The position numbers and the translations under genes are program-made. The notes under the pieces were generated by a model. It ran no database searches and had not been told where the DNA came from. It saw only the letters and a program-made list of their open reading frames with translations. Of a stretch of 64,000 nucleotides of DNA, positions 1 to 7,810 are shown in pieces. Source of the stretch: a virus; the IMG/VR virus record IMGVR_UViG_3300036785_000296, positions 1 through 64,000 of that record, one strand, 5' to 3'. Numbering within the stretch: the first letter of the stretch is position 1; each line of letters starts with the position of its first letter.

Positions 1-406
1 GCGCCCACCTGATCGTGTCCTTGATCCCGTTCCAGACGCCGTAGATCGCGAGCTGCTGGTCGATCAGCTCGTTGTCCTCCGGCGCGACGCCCTTCAGCTC
101 GACGCCCTTGCGGGTCATGTCCTCGGCCACCGCGTCGACCGCCCGCTGCACGATCCACGAGCCCCGGTACATCCACTCGCAGAGCGTCCGGTTCCTCGTG
201 ATCGGATTGAAGCCGTAGGTGCCGCCGCTCGGGTTGCCGACACCGCCGCCGCCGCCCCAGCCGAAGACGGTGCCTGGGCCGCTCGCGCCGCCGCCCAGCG
301 GCCCGATGCCGACCCTGGACGCGAAGTTCTGGAAGCTGTCCCAGGTGCGGGTCGAGCCCGCCTGCACGCGGATCACAGGCTTGGCGGGAACGGGCAACTC
401 AGCCAT
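1..406 (-). CDS. Portal protein, DUF1073/HI1409 family (5' part; runs off left edge)
   Basis: Not in ORF track. Hand translation from ATG 406: MAELPVPAKPVIRV...YGFNPITRNRTLCEWMYRGSWIVQRAVDAVAEDMTRKG, typical DUF1073 N-terminus. Confidence 0.85.
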   Translation of the reverse strand, partial: MAELPVPAKPVIRVQAGSTRTWDSFQNFASRVGIGPLGGGASGPGTVFGWGGGGGVGNPSGGTYGFNPITRNRTLCEWMYRGSWIVQRAVDAVAEDMTRKGVELKGVAPEDNELIDQQLAIYGVWNGIKDTIRWA

Positions 407-440
407 CGTGACGCCTCGAAGCTTCAGGCGGCCCTATACC

Positions 441-875
441 ATGCAGATCGAGCGCTTCACCCATGACGATCTCCACCGCGACGCCAAGGTCGACTGCGAG
501 GGCTGCACGATCTGCTGCCACCACCAGCGCGTCGCCGTCTTCCCCGGCCTCGACCCCATCGAGCGCTACGACGTCGAGGAGATCGGCGCCGGCAACATCC
601 AGAGCCCCAGCGGCAAGGACTTGGGTCCGATCCTGCTCCTGAAGCAGCGGCCGGACGGCTCGTGCATCCACCTGGGGCCGAAGGGCTGCGAGGTCTACGA
701 GTTTCGGCCGCGCATCTGCCGCTCGTTCGACTGCGGGGCGTGGTTCCGCAGCAAGCCCCGCCCCGAGCGCCAGCACTACATCCGCAAGGACCCCACCATG
801 CGCCCGCTGATCGAGCGCGGCCGGGTGATCTCGGCCCGGCAGATGGCCGCTCAGACGCCCCAGCGCATCGTGTAG
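441..875 (+). CDS. YkgJ-family CxxCxxCC cysteine-cluster protein
   Basis: CEGCTICC...CIHLGPKGCEVYEFRPRICRSFDC motif; ATG 441. Confidence 0.8.
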   Translation: MQIERFTHDDLHRDAKVDCEGCTICCHHQRVAVFPGLDPIERYDVEEIGAGNIQSPSGKDLGPILLLKQRPDGSCIHLGPKGCEVYEFRPRICRSFDCGAWFRSKPRPERQHYIRKDPTMRPLIERGRVISARQMAAQTPQRIV

Positions 876-1120
876 AGCCGCCCCCGCTCGGCGTAGGCCT
901 CCTTGAACGTCAGGCCCAGCAACGCGGCCGCCTCGCCGATCTCCTGCATCGTCACCGCCTTGATCAGGAGCTGCGCCGCCTCCTCGGGCGTATAGGTCGG
1001 CCGCTTTGGCCGCAGGCTCACCCGCAGGCGCGGGGCTGGCAGATCGGTGCGCGGCGGCCCAGGCATGCGACCGTTCAGCAAGCTGGCCTTGAAGCGCGCC
1101 ATCCGGAAGTCGTCAGCCAT
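851..1120 (-). CDS. Hypothetical protein
   Basis: ORF in coupled minus-strand run. Confidence 0.5.
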   Translation of the reverse strand: MADDFRMARFKASLLNGRMPGPPRTDLPAPRLRVSLRPKRPTYTPEEAAQLLIKAVTMQEIGEAAALLGLTFKEAYAERGRLYTMRWGV

Positions 1121-1202
1121 AGTGCATCGGCATGCACCAACTGAGCACCAGGGCGGCGACGAGGATGCCAGCGCTGAAGATCAGCACCCAGAACCAACGC
1201 AT
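1113..1202 (-). CDS. Small single-TM peptide
   Basis: MRWFWVLIFSAGILVAALVLSW..., AGGAGG upstream. Confidence 0.45.
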   Translation of the reverse strand: MRWFWVLIFSAGILVAALVLSWCMPMHYG

Positions 1203-1427
1203 GATGGCGCGCTCCCTCCTACGGCGCCTTCTTCTTAGCCGGTTCAGGAGGCTTCTTAAGTCGTGATCCGGGCTTCGGGACGGTGGGGCCAAGCTGGACA
1301 TCCAGCCTGCCTATATCAACCTCGGCCTTGCGGTCGAAGCGGCGAAGCAGCGCATCCGGCCGCTTCGAGCCCTTACCCATTCCGAAACCCCGGCCGACGC
1401 CCGGCTGCTGCACGCTCTCCTTGCCCA

Positions 1428-1619
1428 TCAGCTTCGCATCCACTGCTCCAGCGACGCCACGCAGGCCGGGCAGATCGTCTGATCCTCGGCCCAGCCGCCC
1501 TTGCGGTGCGGCAGCTCCAACATACGCCAGTTCGCGGGCCTGGGGTGCGGGTCGTCATCGCGCTGCGCGGTGTCCCTGATCCCGCAGCGGTCGCACGTCC
1601 AGAAGGCGCGGAACATCAC
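1428..1619 (-). CDS. Small Zn-finger protein
   Basis: CDRC...CPAC pairs; overlapping start/stop with neighbours. Confidence 0.65.
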   Translation of the reverse strand: MMFRAFWTCDRCGIRDTAQRDDDPHPRPANWRMLELPHRKGGWAEDQTICPACVASLEQWMRS

Positions 1620-1834
1620 AGGCGCAACCCCCTGGCCTCCAGCGCGCGCGCAAGCTCAGCGCGATGCTCCAGCGTCGTCAGCTCGTAGTTCTCCTGGGGG
1701 AACGGCGCCACCTGTCGGCCCTCCACGCCGACCAGCACGTAGCTGGTGTGCCCGCCCGCGTCGTCGGTCGGAGCGTGGCTCACCTCGATCCACCACTCGT
1801 CCTCGCCAACGCGCCGGTCGCGCATCTCCATCAC
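1616..1834 (-). CDS. Hypothetical protein
   Basis: Coupled ORF. Confidence 0.6.
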   Translation of the reverse strand: MMEMRDRRVGEDEWWIEVSHAPTDDAGGHTSYVLVGVEGRQVAPFPQENYELTTLEHRAELARALEARGLRL

Positions 1835-2142
1835 GGCTCGTCCGCGAAGCGCGCGTCCCGCTTCATCTCCTCGGTGAAGGCGTTCAGCTCGTCGGCGATC
1901 AGGTTGAAGCGCCGAAGGTCGTCGTCGGTCGGCTCGCGGCCCTCGTCTATGATGGCGTTGAGGCTGGCGAACAGGTGCTGCGCGCCCGCCATGAAGGCGA
2001 GGCGCATCTCCCTGATCTGCACCGGCGGCGCACTGGGCGGGACCGCCGCCGCCCGAAGGCCGACCCAGCCCGCCTCGATCAGCCTGCCCTCGTCGGAGAG
2101 CTGCTTGGTCAGCGCGATCAGTCGCTCACGGGTCTCGCTCAT
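1831..2142 (-). CDS. Hypothetical phage protein
   Basis: Coupled ORF, QIREMRLAFMAGA segment. Confidence 0.7.
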   Translation of the reverse strand: MSETRERLIALTKQLSDEGRLIEAGWVGLRAAAVPPSAPPVQIREMRLAFMAGAQHLFASLNAIIDEGREPTDDDLRRFNLIADELNAFTEEMKRDARFADEP

Positions 2143-2321
2143 CGGACGCCTTTCATCGCGGCGACGCGCACGTTCTCGCGCACCTGATCCCAGGTCGGCT
2201 TCCAGCCCCAGAGAGGATCGCGCCAGATCACCTGCGAGTACCGGAGGCCCTTCCAGATCGTCCAGACCTCGAAGCGCCCGATGTCCTCGTCGTAGCGCTC
2301 GTGCAGGACAAGCAGGCTCAT
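2139..2321 (-). CDS. Hypothetical protein
   Basis: MSLLVLHERY..., ATGA overlaps on both sides. Confidence 0.55.
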   Translation of the reverse strand: MSLLVLHERYDEDIGRFEVWTIWKGLRYSQVIWRDPLWGWKPTWDQVRENVRVAAMKGVR

Positions 2322-2575
2322 TGCCGCTTGCCCCCGGCCGCCTCGCCGGACTGGACCGCCTCCTTGTTCAGCCGCTCCAGCGCCTCGTCCCATTGGTCCC
2401 TCGGCACCAGCATGTGCAGCGCAATGCCCACGATGTAGCTGAGCGACGCCATGATCATCGCCGCGTTCGCCTCGGTGTACGGGACGCCGCTCACAGTCTC
2501 GCTGATCGCCCTGTCCAAGCGGCTCACCAGCCTGACGCCCAGATCGACAGCCGTCTCCTCGGGCGAAGCGCTCAT
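2318..2575 (-). CDS. Hypothetical protein
   Basis: MSASPEET..., ATGA overlaps. Confidence 0.6.
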   Translation of the reverse strand: MSASPEETAVDLGVRLVSRLDRAISETVSGVPYTEANAAMIMASLSYIVGIALHMLVPRDQWDEALERLNKEAVQSGEAAGGKRQ

Positions 2576-2925
2576 CTCAGCCCCAGCCGCCGCAGGATGC
2601 CACCGCCGAGCTGCACGGGCGCGGGCTTCGGCTTCACGTACTCGGCGAAGAAGCCGACGTGATCGCTCTGCGATCCGCCGACCCGCTTCCACTCGCAGTG
2701 GCACCACGACAAGCCCTGGATCAGCGGATACTCCTCCAAGAGGATGCCCGGCCCCTCGACCCGGCCGCACATATCGCAGAGGTTCGGCTTCGGGTCGGCG
2801 AACCCAGCCACGATGGCTCTGTCGCCCGGCCGGATCAGGTAGGGCACGCGCCCAGGCGTCAGGCCCCAGCCAACGATCCGCCCACGCACCGACGCCACCA
2901 CGTCGCCCTTGCCGATGTCCGTCAT
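2572..2925 (-). CDS. Hypothetical protein (Cys pairs)
   Basis: CDMC...CHC; coupled. Confidence 0.6.
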   Translation of the reverse strand: MTDIGKGDVVASVRGRIVGWGLTPGRVPYLIRPGDRAIVAGFADPKPNLCDMCGRVEGPGILLEEYPLIQGLSWCHCEWKRVGGSQSDHVGFFAEYVKPKPAPVQLGGGILRRLGLR

Positions 2926-3152
2926 GACCCGATCTCCACCCGCTTGACGCCCGCGTGCTTCAGCAGCAGCAGCGCGAAGCTGATCGCCAACTCCGGCGGC
3001 AGCGCGAGCCAGCCGACCGGCTTGGCGAAGTTGATGTGGACGAGACCGTCCAGCGGGTCTCTGGTGACGCCGAAGCGCAGCTCGCCCTCGTCGTCGGCGT
3101 TCAGTTGGCCCTGCGGGAACTTCCCGGTCGCGCCCAGCTTCGGCGTCTTCAT
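2922..3152 (-). CDS. Hypothetical phage protein
   Basis: MKTPKLGATGKFPQGQLNADDEGEL...; ATGA overlap. Confidence 0.65.
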   Translation of the reverse strand: MKTPKLGATGKFPQGQLNADDEGELRFGVTRDPLDGLVHINFAKPVGWLALPPELAISFALLLLKHAGVKRVEIGS

Positions 3153-3280
3153 CGCCCTCTCCCCAGGATCACCATCGCCAGCAGCAGCAGCGCCGCACTG
3201 ACCACCGTCCAGAACGCCGCCGTCCCGCTCTCGCCCCGCCGGCGCTCGCGACGCTCCCGGCGCTCCCGGTTCCAACTCAT
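3149..3280 (-). CDS. Small Arg-rich single-TM protein
   Basis: Hand translation MSWNRERRERRERRRGESGTAAFWTVVSAALLLLAMVILGRGR. Confidence 0.5.
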   Translation of the reverse strand: MSWNRERRERRERRRGESGTAAFWTVVSAALLLLAMVILGRGR

Positions 3281-3321
3281 ATCATTTGCCCGCTGAAGTC
3301 ACGCTTCGCCATATCAGACAA

Positions 3322-3358
3322 GCAAAGCCCCGGCCAGGGGGTCAACCCGACCGGGGCT
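3322..3358 (-). terminator. Intrinsic terminator
   Basis: AGCCCCGG/CCGGGGCT stem (3326-3333/3351-3358) followed by UUUGCUU on minus strand. Confidence 0.6.
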
Positions 3359-3360
3359 CC

Positions 3361-3495
3361 GGTGACATTCAGCTACCGGCCAGGAACCGCGAGGCCCACC
3401 AGGGAGGAAAGCCGCGAGGCCCCTGGCCGGGTGTGTTTCGGAGACACCCCGCATCCTGGGGCTTCAGGGGGCGTTCAGGAGGGTCGTGCGTCACC
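3361..3495. ncRNA. Candidate structured ncRNA
   Basis: Nested stems GGTGAC/GTCACC, CCGGCCAGG/CCTGGCCGG, two CCGCGAGG mini-hairpins, GGGTGT/ACACCC; no convincing ORF. Confidence 0.5.
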
Positions 3496-3535
3496 TAGCA
3501 CACGGCCCATCCTAAGCCCGGCAGCGCTTGGCCGT

Positions 3536-3967
3536 CTACTGGTCGGGCTTCAGCTCGGTGTCGATGATCACCCAGCGCCAGCCGATGCCCGGCACCCACG
3601 CCAGAACCAGCGCATCGCCCTGCACGGACGGCGGCAGCGGCGGCCACACCGTGCCCGGCGGCCCGGCGATGGGATGCTCCGGCGTCCCCGGAATGACCGG
3701 CACGCCCGGCCACACGCCCGGCGGCGGCTCGACGGGCCCACCGCCTACGGTCGGCGGCCAGACGCCTGGGAACTCAGGCGGCTGCGGCCACACTTGCGGC
3801 GGCGGCAGGATCGGGCCTCCACCCACTTCCGGCGGCTGACCCGGCAAGCCCTGGCCCGGATAGACGGGCGGCGGCCACACACTCGGCGGCTGGCCGCCTG
3901 GGGCAATCGGATGCGTCGGCGCGCCACCGCTGAGCGGCGTCACGAGCGCGAGAAACGGTTCGGCCAT
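3536..3967 (-). CDS. Proline-rich repeat protein
   Basis: VWP, GGGP and HPIA repeats; GGGAGAG RBS. Confidence 0.8.
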   Translation of the reverse strand: MAEPFLALVTPLSGGAPTHPIAPGGQPPSVWPPPVYPGQGLPGQPPEVGGGPILPPPQVWPQPPEFPGVWPPTVGGGPVEPPPGVWPGVPVIPGTPEHPIAGPPGTVWPPLPPSVQGDALVLAWVPGIGWRWVIIDTELKPDQ

Positions 3968-4043
3968 CTGGCTCTCCCATGAGGTAAACTGCGCCCCCTC
4001 TGTAGCTCAGTTACGTGACGGGAGCATCCTCGGAGACCCGCAC

Positions 4044-4202
4044 ATGCCCATCATCATCTTCTACATCCTCGTCGTGGTCGGCTTCATCTTCTGGTTCGCC
4101 GCCACCTTCCAGGGAGCGCCGTCATGGTGCGAGCGCGTCGCCAGAGGCTTCTTCCTGGCCGCCTCCATCGTCCTGGCCTGGGGCGCGCTCACCACCAAGT
4201 GA
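4044..4202 (+). CDS. 52-aa two-TM membrane protein (not in ORF track)
   Basis: MPIIIFYILVVVGFIFWFAATFQGAPSWCERVARGFFLAASIVLAWGALTTK; GGAGA RBS; GC-rich third positions. Confidence 0.7.
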   Translation: MPIIIFYILVVVGFIFWFAATFQGAPSWCERVARGFFLAASIVLAWGALTTK

Positions 4203-4400
4203 GCCGCCCGGCCCCTCGAACTTCAGCTCCGGCGCCTTGAGCTGCTCGATGCTCAGCTCGGGCGTGCCCGTGATCCCGTGGGCCGCCTCCAGCGCCTTCA
4301 CGTCAGCGTCCGGATGCAGCTTGCGCCAGAGCACCCGCGAGCGCTCGTAGCGCTGCTGCTTGGCCGCGCACCACGCCAGCCACCGATCCCAGCGCATCAT
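4122..4400 (-). CDS. Hypothetical protein
   Basis: Coupled ORF; 3' end overlaps antisense membrane gene. Confidence 0.45.
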   Translation of the reverse strand: MMRWDRWLAWCAAKQQRYERSRVLWRKLHPDADVKALEAAHGITGTPELSIEQLKAPELKFEGPGGSLGGERAPGQDDGGGQEEASGDALAP

Positions 4401-4546
4401 CGATCATCCGCCTCCCGCTCCAGGCTGGCCTTTTCCCGCTCAGCCAGCAGCCGCAGCCGCCAGCGCGCCCAGCGGCCGAGAGCCCAGACGACAAGGTAGA
4501 CGCCGCCGATGCAGCCCGCGAGGCCAGCCCAGTCCGCCGCGCTCAC
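4397..4546 (-). CDS. Small single-TM protein
   Basis: GTG start in GTGA overlap; WAGLAGCIGGVYLVVWAL. Confidence 0.5.
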   Translation of the reverse strand: MSAADWAGLAGCIGGVYLVVWALGRWARWRLRLLAEREKASLEREADDR

Positions 4547-5013
4547 CTCGGCGCTCCCAGCATCAGCGGACGCTTCGGGTCCTTGTAGTGCTCGATGAGC
4601 TGCGGCTGGATGATCTCGCTCACCGTCTCGCCGCTCGCCGTCATGGTCTGCGCCAGGAACTCGTCTTCGAGCGTGACGATCCCCACTTCGACGGCCTCCA
4701 GCTTCGCCTTGATCACCAGCAGCAGCGCCCGCCAGAGGCTTCGGCAGGCTTGGTCGTAGATGTTGGCGCGGCTCTGCGGCGACCGTGGCTGCATCCCGAT
4801 GGCCCCCTTGCTGACCATCGTGAAGCGCTCCTCGTTCGGGTCCGGCATGCTCAGCGTGAAGCGGAACTGCCGCGTCTTCATGCGGAAGGCGATACGGACC
4901 TTGCGCCCATCCTCGACGTAGCCGAACGCATCCGCGCCGTAGCGCTTCAGGGTCTTCTCGATGTCGACGCGGGACTGCTCGATGGAGATGGCGGTGGTGG
5001 TCGCGTAGGGCAT
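4543..5013 (-). CDS. Conserved phage hypothetical protein
   Basis: MPYATTTAISIEQSRVDIE...WRALLLVIKAKLEAVE...EDEFL. Confidence 0.75.
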   Translation of the reverse strand: MPYATTTAISIEQSRVDIEKTLKRYGADAFGYVEDGRKVRIAFRMKTRQFRFTLSMPDPNEERFTMVSKGAIGMQPRSPQSRANIYDQACRSLWRALLLVIKAKLEAVEVGIVTLEDEFLAQTMTASGETVSEIIQPQLIEHYKDPKRPLMLGAPR

Positions 5014-5282
5014 CAGGCGCGCTGCTCCGCATCGTTGCCGTTCTCGGCCTCCCAGCGCACGCACTGCCAGCCACCCTGCGCGAAGGTGGCGACGATCTGA
5101 TCCTCGGTGATGTCGCGCTCGACGCTCCGCGCCGCCAGCGTCGCGCGCATGAAGATGTCCAGCGAGCCGTCCTCCCGCTTAAGCCAGCCGATGCCGTCAT
5201 TGGGCCCGACGTCCCAGGTCTCCACATCGCTCGTGAGGGTCAGGATCGTCAGCGTCCCCGCGCCCGTCTGTTCGATCAGCAT
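5013..5282 (-). CDS. Hypothetical protein
   Basis: MLIEQTG..., RBS, coupled. Confidence 0.6.
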   Translation of the reverse strand: MLIEQTGAGTLTILTLTSDVETWDVGPNDGIGWLKREDGSLDIFMRATLAARSVERDITEDQIVATFAQGGWQCVRWEAENGNDAEQRA

Positions 5283-5284
5283 CT

Positions 5285-5611
5285 TCACGCCTTCCTGTAG
5301 ACCGCCGTCGAGCGCGCATGCGACTTGCGCGCCTTCATCTTCCGCCGCTTGCCGGTGTTCACGATGAGCCCCTTCTGGATCGCCTGCATGATCAGCGCGC
5401 CCCAGGCGCCGGGATCGGTCGGGTTGGGCAGGCCAGCCCAGCGCAGCCGCCGCCCGATGTCCTCGGCCGTGCCAAGCTCGCCCGCCGGCAAGCCACGCAT
5501 CATCCGAAGCGCGTCGCGCATCCACGTCCTGTTGTTGGTCGCGACCTTGTCCAGCGCCTCGTCGCGCGCGTCCTGGCCGCCCTCGAAGAGATCGCCCTCG
5601 TCGTCGCTCAC
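5285..5611 (-). CDS. Hypothetical protein (possible winged helix)
   Basis: PGAWGAL...KGLIV...SHAR pattern. Confidence 0.65.
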   Translation of the reverse strand: MSDDEGDLFEGGQDARDEALDKVATNNRTWMRDALRMMRGLPAGELGTAEDIGRRLRWAGLPNPTDPGAWGALIMQAIQKGLIVNTGKRRKMKARKSHARSTAVYRKA

Positions 5612-5847
5612 GGGACGCCCCAGCCATCGCCCTTGATGTCGGCGTTCGTCGGGCTGTCTGGTTCACGTCGTGGCCGCTCACGGGCGACCAACTCGGCGAG
5701 GGCTCTGACGTGCAGCAGCGCTTTCTCCAGCGTGTCCCAGTCCGGCCCCGAGAGCAGCACGGCGACCGCGTAGTCGGGCCGGTCGTACTTGGGCCGTCCC
5801 CGCTTCTCCCGAAGCTGGTCGCTCAGCCTGTCCAGCGCGTCGCTCAC
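5608..5847 (-). CDS. Hypothetical protein
   Basis: Coupled ORF. Confidence 0.55.
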   Translation of the reverse strand: MSDALDRLSDQLREKRGRPKYDRPDYAVAVLLSGPDWDTLEKALLHVRALAELVARERPRREPDSPTNADIKGDGWGVP

Positions 5848-6101
5848 GGCTCGTGCTCCAGCGGCAGCGGCGGCGGCTCCGGCAGCAAGTGGTCGCAGAG
5901 CGCGGCGTAGCTCAGCTCGATGCCCGCCAGCGAGTTGGCGATCCGGTTCAGCGAGATCAGCGCGAGCCGCATCATCTCCAGCCAGAGGCGCCCGTCCCGC
6001 GTCAGCACGCCGCTCGCACGCGCCGCCGTCATCAGCTCCTCGATCTCGCTGATCTGATCCACGAAGGCTTGGCCTTCATCGCCGTCGGATGTGGTCGCCA
6101 T
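5844..6101 (-). CDS. Hypothetical protein
   Basis: MATTSDG...; coupled. Confidence 0.55.
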   Translation of the reverse strand: MATTSDGDEGQAFVDQISEIEELMTAARASGVLTRDGRLWLEMMRLALISLNRIANSLAGIELSYAALCDHLLPEPPPLPLEHEP

Positions 6102-6142
6102 GCCCCTACAGTGGCCCGTGGAGCGCGATATCACAAGTGGCG

Positions 6143-6505
6143 CTAGGATAGCTCGTTTGGTTCGGTTGCAGGCTCTGGCGCCGCTCTTTCGACCCTCTGG
6201 CGCAGCCGCTCGGCGCGCGCCGCGCGCTTGGGCCCCACCGGCGCGCTCGCCGGAAGCGGCAGGCCCATCTGCTCGGCCACGTCGTTCGGGATCGAGAACG
6301 TCACCAGCGTGTTCAGCACCGGCGCAGGCTCGGGCGGCACCGGCGTCGTCGCCGGGTTCAGCTTCGGCAGCTTGTAGACCGGCCCGGCCGCATCGAGCGA
6401 GACGATCCAGAAGAACGGCTCGTCCGCCACGTAGAAGAGGTTCCAGCTCGAGATCGGGACGTGCGCCTCGCTGGCGTCGTTCGGGATGTAGCCGACCTCA
6501 GACAT
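6143..6505 (-). CDS. Hypothetical protein
   Basis: ORF with coding-like composition. Confidence 0.6.
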   Translation of the reverse strand: MSEVGYIPNDASEAHVPISSWNLFYVADEPFFWIVSLDAAGPVYKLPKLNPATTPVPPEPAPVLNTLVTFSIPNDVAEQMGLPLPASAPVGPKRAARAERLRQRVERAAPEPATEPNELS

Positions 6506-6701
6506 CCGGCGTCAGCTCTTCTTCGGAGAACGGCACGAACACCACCGCCATCATCAGCGGCTCGTGCGACGTGCCGGACTTGGTGCGGGTCGAGCGCCAC
6601 AGGTGGCCGCCGTCGACGGCGACGCGCTCCAGCAAGTCGGTGTCGGTAGACCACATCTCCTCCCAGCCCTCATCGAGATGCTGCGTGTCAGCGGTGCTCA
6701 T
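6498..6701 (-). CDS. Hypothetical protein
   Basis: MSTADTQH..., AAGGGAGA RBS. Confidence 0.6.
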   Translation of the reverse strand: MSTADTQHLDEGWEEMWSTDTDLLERVAVDGGHLWRSTRTKSGTSHEPLMMAVVFVPFSEEELTPDV

Positions 6702-6739
6702 GATCCGGTCTCCCTTCGTTCGACAGACGTTCGCCCAAA

Positions 6740-6769
6740 GTGGGGTATCATACCCACTCTTGTGGATAA
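6740..6769 (-). promoter_or_regulatory. Putative promoter with perfect DnaA box
   Basis: TTATCCACA (6761-6769, minus) 8 nt upstream of TATGAT -10 lying in near-palindrome GTGGGGTATCATACCCAC. Confidence 0.45.
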
Positions 6770-6879
6770 CTCCCCTCAGAACCACCTCCGGCGGATCGGG
6801 ACGAGCCTGCCCAGGCGCGAGACCACCGCTTGCAGCTCGATGGCGACCGGCGTCTTCGGCCCCTGCGGCTGGCCGTACT

Positions 6880-7326
6880 TCACGCCGTCAGGGCCTTCAC
6901 CGCCCACATCACCGCGCGCTCCAGATCGGTGACCGCCAGCGCCCTGTAGCGGTCCTCGGACGGCAGGCCCTCCTTCCGCCTGACGATCTCCACCTGATCG
7001 AACAGCGCCTCAAGCTCGGTCGCCTTCGTCTTGATCGCGTCGTGCAGATTGCGCTCGTCCACGCTCAGCGCCCGGTAGCGCGGACGGAAGCGGCTCGTCG
7101 GCAGCTTCGGATCGGCGCTCTGGCGCGCGTCGGGCTCGCCCTCGTAGACGTGCGTCGCCCGCTCGGGCGGGCCGGGATAGAGCTTGTCGTCCGACACCAT
7201 CGCCTCCTTCTCGTGAACCAGCCGGGTGATCACGCTGCGCGCCTGCTCCGGTGTCAAGCTGTCCAGGCGCTCTAGCATGCCATCGACGTGGACGTGGGTG
7301 ATGGGCAGATCGTCAGGCAGGCTCAT
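6880..7326 (-). CDS. Acb2/Tad1-like anti-defence nucleotide sponge with N-terminal extension
   Basis: RYRALSVDE...AIK and RYRALAVTDLERAVMWAVKAL match the Acb2 helical hairpin; alternative start ATG 7200. Confidence 0.65.
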   Translation of the reverse strand: MSLPDDLPITHVHVDGMLERLDSLTPEQARSVITRLVHEKEAMVSDDKLYPGPPERATHVYEGEPDARQSADPKLPTSRFRPRYRALSVDERNLHDAIKTKATELEALFDQVEIVRRKEGLPSEDRYRALAVTDLERAVMWAVKALTA

Positions 7327-7810
7327 GCGGCTGTGTCGCGTCAGCCTCGGGCGGTTGGTAACCGCGCAGCTTCTTCTCCAGATCGAGACGGGTTGGGCAG
7401 TCGGGGTTCGCCTTGAACTCCGCTGTGATCTGCCGGTCATGCTTGATCTGCCTCGCGTGGCGATCCCTCTCCATCTTCCATTCTCCTGCGCGCAGCCTGA
7501 CTGCCATTTCGTGGTCTCGGGGCGTCATTCGCCCCTCGCGGATGCGGATGTTCCTGCCTACGACGTGCAGGCGATCCTCCTCGAACATCTCAAGCTGCGT
7601 GCCCACCCCGCCTTGCAACTGCCTGCGGTCGTCGGCATCGACGCCGTCCGAAGCCTGCTGCGTGATGCCGACCACGAGCGTGCTGTCGGCTCTCATCTCC
7701 TCGGCGAGGCGCTCTTTGAGGATATTGTTGTCCGTCCGTCCGGTGGGGTTTTCCGCCTCAAGCTGGCGACGCAGCCTCTGGATGACGGCGGTCAGGCGCC
7801 GGTTCTTCAT
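7313..7810 (-). CDS. Hypothetical protein
   Basis: ATGA-coupled to ParB-like gene. Confidence 0.7.
   Translation of the reverse strand: MKNRRLTAVIQRLRRQLEAENPTGRTDNNILKERLAEEMRADSTLVVGITQQASDGVDADDRRQLQGGVGTQLEMFEEDRLHVVGRNIRIREGRMTPRDHEMAVRLRAGEWKMERDRHARQIKHDRQITAEFKANPDCPTRLDLEKKLRGYQPPEADATQPHEPA

Noticed and set aside
1-406. Calling the DUF1073 gene an anti-CBASS Acb1
   Set aside because: DUF1073 portals are often labelled that way, but no 2H phosphoesterase HxT motifs are visible in the available fragment; treated as portal
3400-3415. GGAGGAAAG resembling RNase P RNA
   Set aside because: Element far too short and the other conserved RNase P regions are missing
4011-4121. Acidic in-frame extension after the TGA at 4122 (readthrough or pseudogene)
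   Set aside because: Explained as the antisense shadow of the hydrophobic plus-strand gene 4044-4202
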